Source: Cycas panzhihuaensis (taxonomy: Eukaryota; Plantae; Cycadophyta). From it: DNA of 64,000 bases. Location: NCBI GenBank assembly GCA_023213395.1, contig CM041465.1:246581741-246645740 (forward strand), written 5' to 3'. Of this stretch, positions 1 through 14,614 are shown in pieces. The notes below the pieces were generated by a model, which was not told where the DNA came from, searched no databases, and saw only the letters and a program-made list of their open reading frames with translations. A program made the position numbers and the translations under genes. Every line of letters starts with the position of its first letter. Position 1 is the stretch's first letter.

Positions 1-315
1 CTGTTCTGTTACCTGTGTCACATGCTCATCAAAAGTTTCGTCAAATACATTTGGGGTATCTCCCCCATAAATAGAAATCAATAAATCCCAAACAGACTTA
101 GAAGTTGTTAATTCAGAAACTAGTGAAAAGACATCATCAGTCATAGTGCAAAATAATAAACCTAACACTTCATTGTCTTTTCTAAAATTTTCTTTAAGGC
201 TAAGGTCACATTCATGTTGTAAATACTTCAAAAGATCACATTCAATAAAGTAAGTGTGCATAGTATCATACCATAGTGAATAGTTATGACCATCAAAAAT
301 AGGGAATTGTGCCAT
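1..315 (-). CDS. gag: Copia-type Gag N-terminus (partial, runs off the window)
   Basis: Manual translation gives MAQFPIFDGHNYSLWYDTMHTYFIECDLLKYL...ENFRKDNEVLGLLFCTMTDDVFSLVSELTTSKSVWDLLISIY, the typical Copia Gag FDG-NY-xW / AK-xWD-L pattern. Confidence 0.8.
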   Translation of the reverse strand, partial: MAQFPIFDGHNYSLWYDTMHTYFIECDLLKYLQHECDLSLKENFRKDNEVLGLLFCTMTDDVFSLVSELTTSKSVWDLLISIYGGDTPNVFDETFDEHVTQVTEQ

Positions 316-1749
316 TTTGAAAGTAATTTAATCAATAAAAAAATGATATTTGAACGCAAACTTAAAAAACTTTTCACTTATGCAAGACTTGAAATAAACT
401 TTTGAGCATAAAAAGATACCAATTTCTCAAATGAGTAATGTAAATCTTCAATGTAAAAGAAACTTTTTGTATAAGAACAACTTTCCTTGAGGAAAAATAT
501 ATATTGCCTTATAAATAATTTCTGGTTCAAAACAATATAAAATGCTTGTAGAAAGATCAAGCAGAAACATGAGTAAACAAGGAAATATGAACTAGAATTT
601 TCTTTACAAATTTTTGAAAGAAGACAAGCTTGTTAGGATGTATATATATACTTAACTTTAACATATTGAAAACTATATTGAATGAGGTCAGAATAGCTTA
701 AAATTTTATCAATATGTAGATTGCTGAGATGTGAATCCAATAAAATAGACGGTTTTGAAAATGGATACCAATAAATCACGTTTTGAATGAGGCAAAGGAA
801 TGGACCTCCTTATGGAGCCTAACAGGAGCAGGGTAGGCAAAAATTACATAAAAATACTAATTAATCCTTAGAAAAGTTGAACAAATGATCAAATATTATT
901 GATGAAGTAATTAATATTCTGCCAATTGAAAATTTTGAAAGAATATATTAAACAGGTGTAAAAAAAAAAAGATTTAGGCCAATAAAATACCTCAACTTTA
1001 GCTGATTTGAAATATAAGAAAAATGTGTCAAAATATATGGAAAAATATATCACAATGAAGAGAAATGAGTCAGCTTCCCAACGGTTTGAAATGAAATCTG
1101 ATAAAAATTGTAAAAGTTATAGTGAAAAATGTAACAAGTGTCTTTATGGAGAATGTTCAAGAAATAGGCAAAAAACAACTAAATTTCTTATTTCAGTGAT
1201 TAAAATATTAGTGAGAATGAACTAAAAAAATTAAAGTAAAAAATGGGTATTAAAGTCTATATGAAGTAGATCACTATAGAAAAAATTCGGACACAAAACA
1301 GTTTACCAAAAATAAATGACAGCCAATTCTAAAACCGATTTTATTAAAAATATAAAAAACGCTGAAATTTCGAAAGTCCAATGTTAAAAAGGTCGAAACA
1401 AGGTCAAATGGGCACCAAATTGGTCTTATGACCAGTTGAAATCAATCTACGAAAAATTTCTGATCTATTGGCGCAGGTTTCGTCTGAAACTGATGAGCCA
1501 AATAGAAGTTATGGCCTCAAAAGCGCCAATAACCCTATGGAAAAAATAAAATTTTTAAAAAATAAAGTTTAAAATTGAAAAAACTTCTTTAAAAAGCGGG
1601 TCTGAAGATGAACTGAGCTGGGATTGAACCTAAGACCACCAGGATAATGAAAACCTCTGATGCCAGGAGGGTGAACTCGCTCGTCAGGTTTAAAAACAGA
1701 ACTTAAAACCTTTAAACCGAATTTTAAAAAGACATATAATAAATAATCA

Positions 1750-2920
1750 GATTTTAAATATAGGGTTTAATGAACCAACAACTATAATAATAAATACAAG
1801 ATTTTATGAACCGAATATAATAGTCAGGCAAAACTGAATACTCGGAAAGTATATAAAAAATGCAACGCATATAATGATACAATGCGTAAACGCCAATGGG
1901 ATAATACCACAAGGTATAATATATAAACTCACAAAGCGGTAATAATGACTGAATATAAAGATGAAATGGGCAGTTACAATGGACTGCACGCCAATGAAAT
2001 AATATAATGACTGAATATAGATCAAGCAGACGCAATGACCGCATCGAATCGGAAGACCCTCGCAATAACGGAAGAACAAAGCGGTATTAATGACCGAATA
2101 TAAAGATGAAAGCAGCCGCACGCAGCAAGGAGACTAATGCCCGAAGAAGATATTAACACGCAGCCACAGCCGCACGCAGCCGCCAAGAGGGCGGCCAGCG
2201 CACAAGCCGATATTAACATGCACCCCTGGTGCCGCACGCAACCAAAAGGCGGCGCCGAGGGACCCCTGCAGCAATGGCGAGCGGAAACCCGCAGAGGATT
2301 GCGAGGGGCGGAACGGCAGCGATGGCGAGCATGTAACCGTGCCAATATGTATAGCTACAATGAACGCCGAAACGAAAGCAAATAAATACAATAGCCGGAA
2401 GACGTAAAGCACGCTGAAACGAAGCAAATAAACGTAATAGTCAATGAATTGAATTGAAATGCGTGAAAGTCTAATGCCAAACAATAAACAATGTATAATG
2501 GAATGGAAAAATGACGGAACAGCATACGGCGGAAGGAGGTACAAGACAAAACTGAATGCAAGCAATAATGAAGGCGGGAGGAGACACAAGGCAAAACCGA
2601 ATGAAGATGGATATAGTAATAAAAACGAATGAGCAAGGCTGCGTATGAGCCTTAGTTGGATGCAATAAATAGTGGAAGCTGCGTATAATGAAGTAACGCA
2701 AGTAATAAACGGAGAGACTGCAATGAAGTAATAAGACGAGCGGCAATGGCAAGGCGCAGATAAAATAAGTAACAGGAAAGCAAGCCTTAGTAATACAGTA
2801 ATGAAGTGTTGGCTAACAGTAATATGTAGGCATGAGTACAGTCAATAATGAGGTCAAGGCGGCTAAAGAGCAACACGGACGTAGAGACACAAAGAGACAG
2901 GAGAGTTGGTTATATATATG
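1750..2920. other. Compositionally anomalous tract, probable base-calling or assembly junk
   Basis: A-rich, T-poor, CpG-rich quasi-repetitive text (AATGA/GCAA/ACGC words) inside an otherwise CpG-poor TE leader. It ends in GA- and TA-repeat-like sequence. Confidence 0.55.
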
Positions 2921-4082
2921 CTTGTAAAATGATGCACAAATTGTAAGAAAATGGCTATAATCTTTAGCACAAAGGAGAAGTTTTAGCTAGCATGATATTT
3001 GTTGCACAGGTGATTGTACTTTCACAATAAAGACTAGATGCATGGATACAGAGTATCTTACAGGGGTGGATTGATGGACTAGGAGTCCCACCCTAGAGGC
3101 TGAGACGATATATATAAAAAATATCTATAAATTTGTATTTGAAACAAATTTTCAAATATGTTGCAGGTATATGAAAAAATATACAGAGATTTTACAGAAA
3201 TTTCTTCAAATAATAACAGTAAAACAATTTAATGGAGTAATATACTCATATAACAGAGTCACAACATTGATAAATTTTTAAATATTTTGAAGAGAATATA
3301 TCATAAAACTCTTATATATTTGTATTTGAAAATTTTCAAAGGAATTCTAAATGTAGAAATATATTGAACAAATATATAAAATGTATGTAAATTTAAAATG
3401 GAATAGAATAACCTGGAATACGCATTTGTGGTCATCTTTTGTGAAAATAAGCTTCAAAAGCTTCAATTCTGGATCTGCAATGTATTCTTCTAAAAAAAGC
3501 TAAATATACTCCAAAAATTGTAGATCTGTAGAAAACTTGAAAATATAGTTAAACAATATAATGGAAAATATAAATCTGAAATGAAATATAACAGATCTTG
3601 AACTAAATGTAACAGAAAATGCTAGAAAATCTGATACAATAAGCGGTTATAATAATGAAATTAGCGAGATCTACGAAAAACTTGATAACTTTTATATGCA
3701 GCTGATGCTCTTTTGTAAATCTGAAAAAAATATCAAAATAAGTAGACAAATAACTTGTAAACTGTCAAAATATATGATATATCTGTAAATCTAAAGAGAA
3801 AATAACTTGAATATGAGTATAAAACTTGAATATATATAACTTGCTGTTGAAAAAACTTTTGTAGATCTGCACAAATCTGAAAAATAGATCTCAATAATAT
3901 TTGTTGAACCAAAAATATAGCTCAATAATAATCAAAATCTGCTGAAAATAATATATAAAACTTGCTAAAGATTTTCAGAAAATAAATCTAGTTAATATAT
4001 ATTGCTTGTAAAAGAATCTGTTGTAGAGTGCCAGTAGATCTTGGTGCTCTTCTTCAAAGCTTCAGCAGGTCAGCAATCGCCT

Positions 4083-4094
4083 GCTCTGATACCA
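4083..4094 (-). promoter_or_regulatory. Primer binding site (tRNA-iMet) of element X
   Basis: GCTCTGATACCA on the plus strand, 2 nt from the LTR edge. Confidence 0.9.
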
Positions 4095-5102
4095 AATGAA
4101 GGAACAAATATGCTTGCAAACTAACATGTTAGAACATATATCAAATAAGTATAAACTAGTATTGCATTAATACAGCAATGTATCACCATTACAATAGCAT
4201 AAACACATGAGAGCCTTGTTGTTCAATCCATTGTAGTAGAATGAGTATTACAAATCTTCCTCAAAAGTAGGTGGTGTCTAAAGACACCAGGGTTGTACAC
4301 CACTTAACATTTATAGTTTGGGGGAGGAGGGAAACTCCTCAACCCCTGAATTCAAATTAATAATAAAATAATACTAGCTTGACTCAAATGAAACTAACTC
4401 AACACATTAACTTACCTTGACATTTTGAGCATCACATGTCTAAATTGAGGTGCACAATCCTGGTAGGTAAGAGGGAGTTGAGTGATGACATTACACCCAA
4501 CAATTAAAACATAATATTTAATGTTGGTTCATGTATTTGGTTAAGTATTCCCTTTAACTCTCATAAGTATTTTTTATTATATTATTAACATATGTGCATG
4601 TAAAGCACACCTATTCATGTAAGCATCCCATTGATGGACATAAGGATTCTTGTATCCTATTGGTCAAATATATTATAAGTATATATTCATGTATAATATG
4701 ATAATTTAGAAGGCAATCATTTTCCCACATCCTTGTTATATTATGTTTTATACATATATTATCTTTCATTTATTTTATTTATCATTTTATCATTTTAATA
4801 CCTCATACTTATATCATAGTTTCCATTTATAATTTTACTGTGATTTCAAAGACAATCTTTGAATCTATGTTTTAACAAACTCTACTTTGGATACTAGAAT
4901 TTTTCTATTTTGTGAATCTTTTAATCTAACTAAATAAAAAAATATAAAAGATATTTAGAATGGAATGATTTAAGATAGATCCTAAATCATAAGGTGGAAT
5001 GACCTAATGATATGAAGTTTGTATTAGAATTTATAATTGCACTTTGATACTATATTAAAGATGTAGAGTATAACGTAGTAGAATTATAATATAAAAAATT
5101 AA

Positions 5103-5529
5103 TGTTAGAATAATCTCATAAGTTATGTACACATAATGAATAACATGAATTAATAGTAAATAACATCACAAAGCATGCACCAAGCATTCACCACAAAAGA
5201 CACAATATATTTATATATGGAAAATCTAATATAGAAAAAATTGAGATAAGGTGGAGTTTGGAACTCCACTTAATGATCAAAATGAATACATCTCTAGGTC
5301 TTAGAATTTTCTTTTAAGTTCTCAAGTGGTATATATATCTATTTATATCAATATTCACCTCATGAGTAGCCTGTAATGTCTCTTGAGTCATCACATCATC
5401 TAATAGTATATAATCCTAGATACGTATACCTTTTATATATCTCATTGTATGTGAATGGTAGGATTATATATATGTCACATTGCACTAATATTAAATATTA
5501 CATATGTGATTAAATTACATATTCTAATA
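5103..5529. mobile_element. Probable solo LTR (~427 bp)
   Basis: Inverted termini TGTTAGAATA...TATTCTAATA. Flanks ATTAA/GTTGG fit a 5-bp TSD only after three G>A changes. No PBS or PPT is adjacent. Confidence 0.45.
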
Positions 5530-8500
5530 GTTGGTTATCTAAACCAATAGAAAAAGTCAGTTTCAAGGTAGGTGGAAGTAGTTAATAGGAAGAAAGTGGG
5601 GTCGTAAGGGGGGTCTAACTTCTTCATATGATATTTATTTTTGACTTATGACTACTTGGTTCATATCTACTTGAAAAGGTCTATGTAATAGAGTAAGAGT
5701 GAATAAGTTTTGTAATTAAGAATAAAGTTAAAAATATAAAATATATTAATGATATAAAAAATGATAAAGGTAAAAGGGGTTTAAAACATAAGTATAATTG
5801 TCAAGTACTTAGCCTATAAAATTATAACTTCAGAAAATGAAATGAGTGTGAAGTATATAATCGTATTTTATATTCTTTTTCCATCATTAATATAGGGGGA
5901 ATACAATATACAAATGTAAACCAAGCTAACTAGATGGTAAATCAAATATATTATAATACAAATGATAAGGAAATACAAGCAGTTAAATATAACATGAAGT
6001 AAATAAGAGGTAGGAAATATATATCTAACTGTTAAAGAAAGAAATCATACTTATTTATTTTAGATTAAGTTCTATTGGGGTCCAAAATTAAAGAAACACA
6101 TTCTCATTAATAGTGCTTCTTAATATAGTGTGAAGAGGACTAACTGTATGCAATCTCAAGTTTATTTATGAAATTTGTTGGTAGTTGTTAATACTTGTTA
6201 GGTTTTAGCATCCATATTATTAGGTTAATGTTCATCACCTAATGTTTACATTGCGAGTGTGCACGCCACTAGAGTAGTTACGGTAAATTTATTTTAATGC
6301 TTTATTTATTTTTTATATTATTTTGAATTGAGGTTAAGGTGGGCTATCGCTCACCTCCTGAATATAATTCTAGGTCTCAAAACCCTAGTGTTTATCAACA
6401 CCACCAACGTATTATAAGTTTCATAATGTTTTCAAGATGGATTGAATATAAATTGAATATGGATTGAATAATCATTTGCACCTACTCCACTCTTATCTCC
6501 ATTATTCTTCATATGGTATCAGAGCCTCATATACGATATTTGGTATTAAAGTGAGCTAACAACAAGTTTAAATTTAATATTTATTCATTTTCTAATATTA
6601 TTTCAATAGTTTGTATAGTATTTTATTGAAATATTTAATTATTTTCATCTATAAGCTTCAATTCTTCAAAGTTCCTTCAGATTTTTGTAGCCATTACTAT
6701 CATGCACAACCCAACATATATTTGGAGTGCATATACTTTGATTTTATCAAGTTTTATAAAGTTATTTAATCAATTTTCTTAAGGTTCCTGCCTTCTTCCT
6801 GAGCTTCGACAAGCTGGTGCTCTCCCCTTAGCCCATGAAACCTTATCACATGACTACCCATTGGAATCCTTGGTAAACCAGCTTTGCAACGCAACTAATA
6901 GATCAAAAATTTGTTGTCTCTACGCAGAGATCTACCTCCTAAAAATTCAGCTACTCACTCTGGCCAATGAAACCCCATTGCTCCTCTTCTTATTTATTCA
7001 TTTCTCTTTTATTTTTCACTAAACTTCTTTCAGAACTTGGATGTAGGTCTTTAAGAACTGAACGAAGCTATCTCAGTCCATTTATGTGCTCTGTATGGGT
7101 TGTATGACCTCCTAGTGCCTGTGCGCCTCCCACAGTTGTCCTACCTTGAAAATCTCTATTTGGATTGATTTTTCTCTAGATTTCTTCTACATAATCCTTT
7201 ATTGGATTTATAGTACACCCCTCCCCTCCCCACCCCTACATCATATTTCAAGATAATTCTTAATCATTTTCTATTACTTCTGATCATTTCTTTATCTATG
7301 AGTTTATCTATTTTTGCGCAGGATGTATAGATCATAAAATTTTATTTTGTTATTGATTTTAAACCTTAGTAAGATTTAATTAAAGTGTATTTTATATTTT
7401 TTAAGTTTTCCCACTTTTCCTGTAGCCCTTAGTCACCAATTTAAGCTATATAACCTCTTACTATAGTAGTAAAAGGAGCTTTTTTATTAAAAATTAGTTA
7501 TTTATTAATATTTTTCAATCTAAAGGGGACTAACTGCTTTGTATGGCTTTTGGTTTCAGTCAGTCCTCCTCTGTAGAGCAACAACTAGTTCTATTCATCA
7601 TTTAAGCATCTAGTGGCCTTAATTCAAAGGGGCTTAACCCCCCCCCCCTCTCCTCTTCTCGTTTTGATGCCCTAAAGAGGTCCCCACATAGTTTCAGTTA
7701 TAACTTTTAATCCAGGAGTATGTTTTCTAAACGGTTGGATCCATCAAAAAGATATTTTGATTGTCTACATATTAAAATAGGTTTTGATGAGTTTTGAAGT
7801 TCTTTTATAGGGTTTTATGGCTAGTAAACTCACAGCTTTTGTTTGACCCTAGTTTGACTTATTTTCAAATATATTCAGCTATTTTTTCATTCTAACTTGG
7901 TATACTTACTAAATATTAAGCTGCTAATCTATTTTTGATAATTTTTTATCTATTTTAGAGGCTCATAACTAAATTTTGTAGCTATTTATCCCTACTTTGT
8001 CCTCTTAAAAAGAAGAAGCCCTTTTGGAAATAAATGCTTCAAACTAGTGTACTCAAACTCTTTATAACTCTGTTATAAACTACTACTTTATCTTTTAGTT
8101 CATAAACTTAATTTTAGAGCTCATTTAAAGCATATTTTCTACTTATTTAAGGTTATTTTACCTCTTTCAAGCATTCACCTAAAGGTATATTCAAAGTCAA
8201 ACAAAGGAGTATATTTCAAGGTTATATTCATAGCATACCTTACATTTTTTCTCTAAATTAAAAGGAGCTCATATAGAAGAATATTTATTGTTCATTTATT
8301 CTTAGTGTTTTCATCTATATAGTGAAATAAATAAAATGCATATTTTTCTCTTTTCTAACTCTCTATTAAGTTTACTTTTAAAACATCTATTAAAGTCTCT
8401 TTTATTATATTTAAAGGTGCATATAGATTGCATATGTTGCATAGTATTATTTAAAAGTACTTTATCCCCTTTTAAAGCTTGTTTAAATCCTTATGGAGGT

Positions 8501-10688
8501 TTATTTTATAAGAGCATTCATTGAATTCAATTTAAAAGGATATACCTTTTTATTACTAAGTCATTTTTTCATTGATTAAGAAGGCATTTATTTAAAGTTC
8601 ATGTATATTTCAAGTTATTTTTTAACTCATTAGTAAAGCATCTTTAAAGTTGATTTAAAGTCATTTCTATTGTACTTAAAGCTCAAATAAGATACATTAC
8701 ATTACATAATTATAAGCTTATTTCATAGACTTTTATCTTTTAAGGTTCACCTATATCATTTTGAAAGGATCACTCGTTGTATATTTGCTTCATTTTAAAG
8801 GAGAACATTTATCTTGCATTATTTTTATTTAAAAAGAGATATACTTTTCATCTCATTACTTAATTACCTTCTTTTCATTTAATTAAGAATGAATCCTATT
8901 GAAAGATCATGTGAAAGGAGATTTATTGCATATTTTAAATTATTTTCTCATTAGATGCTAAAAGGAATCTTATGTGATTACTAAGATCATAGTGTTTATA
9001 ATGACAACTTATCTAGATGATATGATAATTTCTATATTTAATGGCGCTAAGTTTTCACTTTAGAAAAAATTGATAAAAATACTCCTTATCATGAAAAATC
9101 TGTGGAATTATATGAATGATGATTACCATGACTCAAGTATCAATTCTACTTTAGAGAAAAAAATAAATATTTAAAGAAAATATGGAAAAGGATAATGAGC
9201 CTTTAGCCTTAATTTTTTGTACAATAGATTGTTAGGGTTAATATTCACCACCTAGCATTACATTAAGAATATGCAAGCTGCACACACCTTCATGGTAAGT
9301 ATTATTTTATTGCAATTTGATTATTATTTATATTATTTTGAATTCAAGTTTGAGGAGGACTCCCACCCTCCTCCCGAATATTTAATCTTTAGGCTTAAAA
9401 CCCTAGTGTTTATTAACACCATCTCTATTATAACTTGTTATCTTGAGTAAATATAGATTACATATATTATATTCTATGTGTATTCACAATATCAATATGG
9501 ATTGATTTATATTGTTCACTACTTAGCTCTGGTTTCTATGTTACATTCTACATTTGTTATCAGAGCTCTTAGGTTGGTTGATATTTGATTATACAGATCT
9601 ACCTCCTCATACGCTCAATAAAAGTACAATATATGACTGCTTATTACATTCCTAGTAACCTCATCTACTCAATGAAGAAAATGGTTTGGAATTTCATCCT
9701 CTTTGAAAGGAGATCTAACTCTTGGAAATATGTCATTATGTCTTCATTTGACTATTGTTTATGTCTCTCATTAGCCTATTAAAATTAGTATTACCTTCAT
9801 CTGTATTTTTTATTCTAATCTTGGTATGCTACTAAGGCAGGAAAAGAAAATTCCATGTTGCATTCTATTTTATGGATAATATTTAATCATATTTAATTTA
9901 GAAAGACTACTTTTCTATGATAATACTTTGAGAAAGTTTCTTTGCTGCTCTATTTTTTAAGAACTTTTCATAGATCTTTCACAAATCTTAGCACGAGTGC
10001 AATCCTGACTTGCTAGGAACATGAACTGCACTAGTAAGAGTATAACTTTAATTTGATAGAGGTGGGACCAATCCCAAATTGTATCAAGTCTAAAGGATTT
10101 GGATTGCAGATTTTTCTTGCATTAAAGCCATTTCTTTACATGGTCACGTCTTATGCAACACTCACTTGCTCTCATTTTTTTATTATTTTTATATATACCC
10201 TTTTTGTTCATTGGGAATCTCCATGATCATTCGGTGTGCCCCTCTAATTAATTTATGCCCAAGTTTCTGTTAGTCTCCATTACATTTTATATTTCTCTAT
10301 GCTTTATGCTCTTTGTATGCTTCCTCTGCTTGCTGCCTCTGCGTGGAAAAGGGATCTCTGCAAGCGGCAAATGGAACGGAGATTTTATAGGATCCAAACA
10401 CTCTTTATATGATCCAGAAGGTCCTCAATGAATATGTAGTACCCTATAATCTAAAGACATGGCTCGTCTCACCCATATATAGTATACAATTTAGAGGAAC
10501 ACTTAATTAAATTCGTCAATGTTTCCATTAACCACAGATTACAAGCTTGCCATGGAGACTAATCCGCATATCAATATCCATCTACTCCTCATGGAGATCT
10601 ATGCCTCCAGATTCCATTATCATTTGGAGCATGTTCTTCCCCTTTTTCTTTTACTTATTTAATGATTTTTTTTGTGAAAATATATATA

Positions 10689-12973
10689 TTATTAAGTGAT
10701 TTATCTTGGCACCACCTAGTGGAAGGGATTCGATTAATTTTTAATCGTGATTTAACCAATTTTTTCCCATTTATTCGTTGTCAGTTAAAAGGTGTGTGGT
10801 TCTTGTGAAATTTATATGTTTTTTCAAATGTTTTATAAAAATTAAATTAAATTTAATAAAATTTGAGTTTCTGGCATGCAGCTTAGTTTTATCCCCCTCT
10901 GCTTCTATTTTTTTGTCACGTTGAGCCTCCATAGCATAAAGAAGTTAGACACAAATATCTCTAAAAACCCTAGCTACTGCATGATAAGAGATTCTTATGA
11001 AGTCAATGAGTTACCTATCGTAGAGGAAGAAAATTTGTCTATAACAAAGACTAGTTGATGTTGCTAAATTCTAGAAGAGTCGATTGCCATAAAAGAGTTC
11101 ACTGTTGTCTCTTTAAGATGCAACTGCATGCCTGAAAGATTGTCCATAACAGAAAGGAGATCTCCCCTTGGCAGGGCATGTGAAGTTGACCACTGCGGAT
11201 TAAACAAAGAATTTTCTAGTGAACATCGCCACAATCGTATAAAACCCAGTTATTGTGGTAACAAACTGTCATCAAGATCAACAATTAAATCTCTTGCCAT
11301 CACTATTGGAAAACTGAACAGTGTCGAAAACATTGTGCAACTATGTTGGGTTACGGGCCACCATATTATTTAGGGTTTCAAGTAATCTAAGAGAAAATGA
11401 ACTCCACACCGTCAGGGGTTTTAACATCAAAGACAGTCACTGCAAAAATCATGTGAAGAGAATAGTAGAGGCATCAGATAGACATTGAATGTCTACACAT
11501 ACGACCCAATGGGCCTAACCTATACTTCTGGTCAATCTGGAGAATCAAAAGGTCACCATAGGGTCGTGGCGACCATTGAACCATAGACGGTAAGCGAGTT
11601 GCACATGGTTAGTGAATTATCCACACCAAACAAACAAACTAAAGACAAAACATGGACTACAATATAACCTTATTGTTGTGTTCAAATCGAATGGTTTGTA
11701 CTACACTCAGACAAATTTAATCCCGCATAATTGGTCGATTACTAAAAACATAGCAGCCTTTTCTTTGCCCTAGACTCTCGAAGTCTGAAAGCAATCATAA
11801 TTTGTCCTCTTCTAGGAGCTCAAAGATACTTGGAAGAAGAAATCATTGCAAGTGTGCGCAGGTAAATTCCTTAGGGTAATTTTTTTTCAGAGTTCTGAGC
11901 TAAATTATATTGTTTAGGGATCCGTTTTAAAATCCGCAGATGTCAAATTGGTTAGGGCAGATTTAATTATTTTTGCAAAGTCAAATTTGGATTAAATCAG
12001 GTTGTAACCCGATTTGTGGTCCGCTAGCCCCTAACAGTTAAGCCCTAATCTTATAGAGCCTTAATATGACCAGTTGTTATCCTGTTAAAAGGGCTAAAGT
12101 CTTAACAACTTTAATTGACTTTCCTAAAGAACTCATGTTACCGTTTTTGCAATCTCTCCTCAACCAGGCATTCGATTGTCAACCCATTTGATTTGTCGAA
12201 ATCCATATTCAAAGTACTACAGACTGGAGCATGATTTGAGGTATTTTATTGCCAGTGTAATGAAGTTATTTCAGCTTGAAGTGGATGGATGAATCTTGTG
12301 TAATGCACTCTTGATCAACTCATTCTTACATATCATGGAGTTGGATGACATCAACATTTTTGTACCTAAAAGAAATGAGTATTGGCAAATAGATTTTCCC
12401 TTCCCTTACCTAAATACAATATTGGGCAATAAAAATGGAAAATATATTTATGGGCAAAGGATTATGGAAGATCATCACTGATGAACATGATGTTGCCTTA
12501 ACTGATCTAGAAGGGGAAGAAAATTTTAGGAAAAAGAATAGAATAACAAATGATATTATTATTGCTGCATTTGATGAAGATAAACTTCTTTCTTCCTACC
12601 ATTTTCTCATCCCTGCAATTCATAATGTTGAAACTGCTAAAGAAGCCTTGAATCTCTTGAAGGATGTATATGAAAAGACCCTCGAAAAGGTGCAAGAGAT
12701 TGTCTAAAAGGAAAATAGCTTCTATGATTTATTAAGTGATTTATCTTGGCACCACTTAGTGGAAGGGATTCGATTAATTTTTAATCGTGATTTAACCAAT
12801 TTTTTCCCATTTATTCGTTGTCAGTAAAAAGGTGTATGGTTCTTGTGAAATTTATATGTTTTTTCAAATGTTTTATAAAAATTAAATTAAATTTAATAAA
12901 ATTTGAGTTTTTGGCATGCAACTTAGTTTTATCCCCCTCTGCTTCTATTTTTTTGTCACGTTGAGCCTCCATA
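10689..12973 (+). repeat. 245-bp near-identical direct repeats (10689-10933, 12729-12973) flanking a 1.8-kb insert
   Basis: Both copies run TTATTAAGTGATTTATCTTGGC...TTGAGCCTCCATA, with about 5 mismatches by eye. Confidence 0.9.
12335..12707 (+). pseudogene. gag: Truncated Gag-like ORF homologous to the gag of element D
   Basis: MENIFMGKGLWKII...EGEENFRKKNRITNDIIIAAFDEDKLLSSYHFLI aligns with ORF 16244-16498 (IECIFMIKGL...EGEEIFRRKNRVVTDVMIVAFNKDNLPPSYHFLI). Confidence 0.75.
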
Positions 12974-14614
12974 TGATCTCCTTTTTGAGATTAAGGGGCA
13001 AATTCTAAATCTCAATTAATACCTTTTTATAAATTTATTTTTTAAAGGATTTAAGTATATTCTATATGTTTTGAAGACTACTAGCCCCCTCCATTGGCAA
13101 GCAATTGGTCACGTTGGCCCCCACATGACAATGGACTACTCAACTAAGGGGTTTAACCTTACCCTCCTTTATAATTTTACCATAAACAGATTTTTATATA
13201 GTTTCCATTATATCTTTTAATCTAGGAGTCTGTTTTTCAAATGGCTAGATTTGTCAGAAAGATATTTTAATTCTCTATGAATTGAAGTAGGTTTTACTAA
13301 AATTTCACACTATTTTGTAGGGTTTTAAGGCTAGTAAAATCAAGGCTCTTATTTAATCCTAATTTGATATATTTTTTAATATTTCAAGCAAATTTTGATT
13401 CTAACTTAGCATATTTACTTGATATTGAGATGCTAAGTTATTCTTGACAAGTTTTTGTCTATTTTTAAAGGCTCATAATTGATTTTTATAGCCATTTAGC
13501 CCTATTTTGGCCTCTTGAGAAGAAGGAGCCCCTTTAAGAACAAAAGTGCCAAATTGGTGCATTCAAATTCCTTATAACTCTATTATAAAGCTGTCACTTT
13601 ACTTTCTAGCTTATAAAGTTGATTCTAAAGCTCTTTAAGGCATATGTTTTCGCTTATTCAAAGTCATTTTTTTCCTTTTTAAAGCATTCACTTAAAGGAG
13701 CATATTTCAGGATCATTTTATAAGTATACCTTGCATTTTTCCTTGGTTTAAAAGGAGCTCATATAGTATCATTTACTCTTAATATTTTCATGTGAAATAA
13801 ATAATAGATTCATTATTTACTTCTTTTTTAGCTCCTCATTAATCAATCAAGGTTCCTTTTTTAAAGGTGCATTTAGTTTGCTTTAAAAGAATTTCATAGT
13901 AGTAGAGTACTTTCAGAATCATTGGAAATTTGTTTACTTCATTCAAAAGCAAAAGATTTATCTTATTTAAAAGGAGATTTATTGTATATTGTAGATTTTT
14001 TTTTTTTTTTCCAATTTGAAAGGATATATATTCTTTATTGCTAAGTTATTTTCTTTCATTACTTAAAAAGGAATCATGTTGAAAGTTCATTACATGTTAA
14101 TCTCAAAGTTGATAAAAGGTTTCTTTTTTGTTCATTAAAAACCATACCTTTTTAGATCATGTACTAAAGTCCTATACACTGGTAATGAATCTAAATGACA
14201 TAATTTTTTTTATATTCAATGGAAATGATTTTCAGTGATGGAGTGAAATAATAAAAACATACTTTATTACAAATGATCTTTAAAAGCTTATAAAAGATGG
14301 GTACTTAGAAGATGGACCAAACCCTAAAGAAAATATAAGAAAGGATAATGAGACTTTAGCCTTAATTTTCTATGCACTAGATGACAATATATTTTCTAAC
14401 ATAAGTAAGTTAACTACTTCCAAATCTGTATGGGATACGTTATAATCAATTTATGGGAGAGATACTTTAGAATTAAATTAAACTAACTATATTGATAATG
14501 TTTTTCATGTGAGACAAATGTTAGAGCAGGTGAACTTTATTGAAAAGACTAATGTTGCATGTACTAGTTAAGACTCAAATGTTATATTTGATGAAGTTGT
14601 ATGTACCTTGGACA

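Larger units (their letters stand above)
1..4502 (-). mobile_element. LTR retrotransposon X (Copia-derived, long 5' leader then gag), 3' part outside the window
   Basis: The 5' LTR at 4097-4502 reads TG...CA on the minus strand and resembles the LTRs of elements A and B. A tRNA-Met PBS (TGGTATCAGAGC) lies on the minus strand at 4083-4094. A gag ORF starts at 315. Confidence 0.8.

Noticed and set aside
1754-2752. Cluster of 80-150 aa ORFs
   Set aside because: They overlap, are compositionally biased with no domain motifs, and lie in the suspected junk tract.
10689-12973. Direct repeats interpreted as the LTRs of a separate element
   Set aside because: No TG...CA ends, PBS, PPT or flanking TSD.
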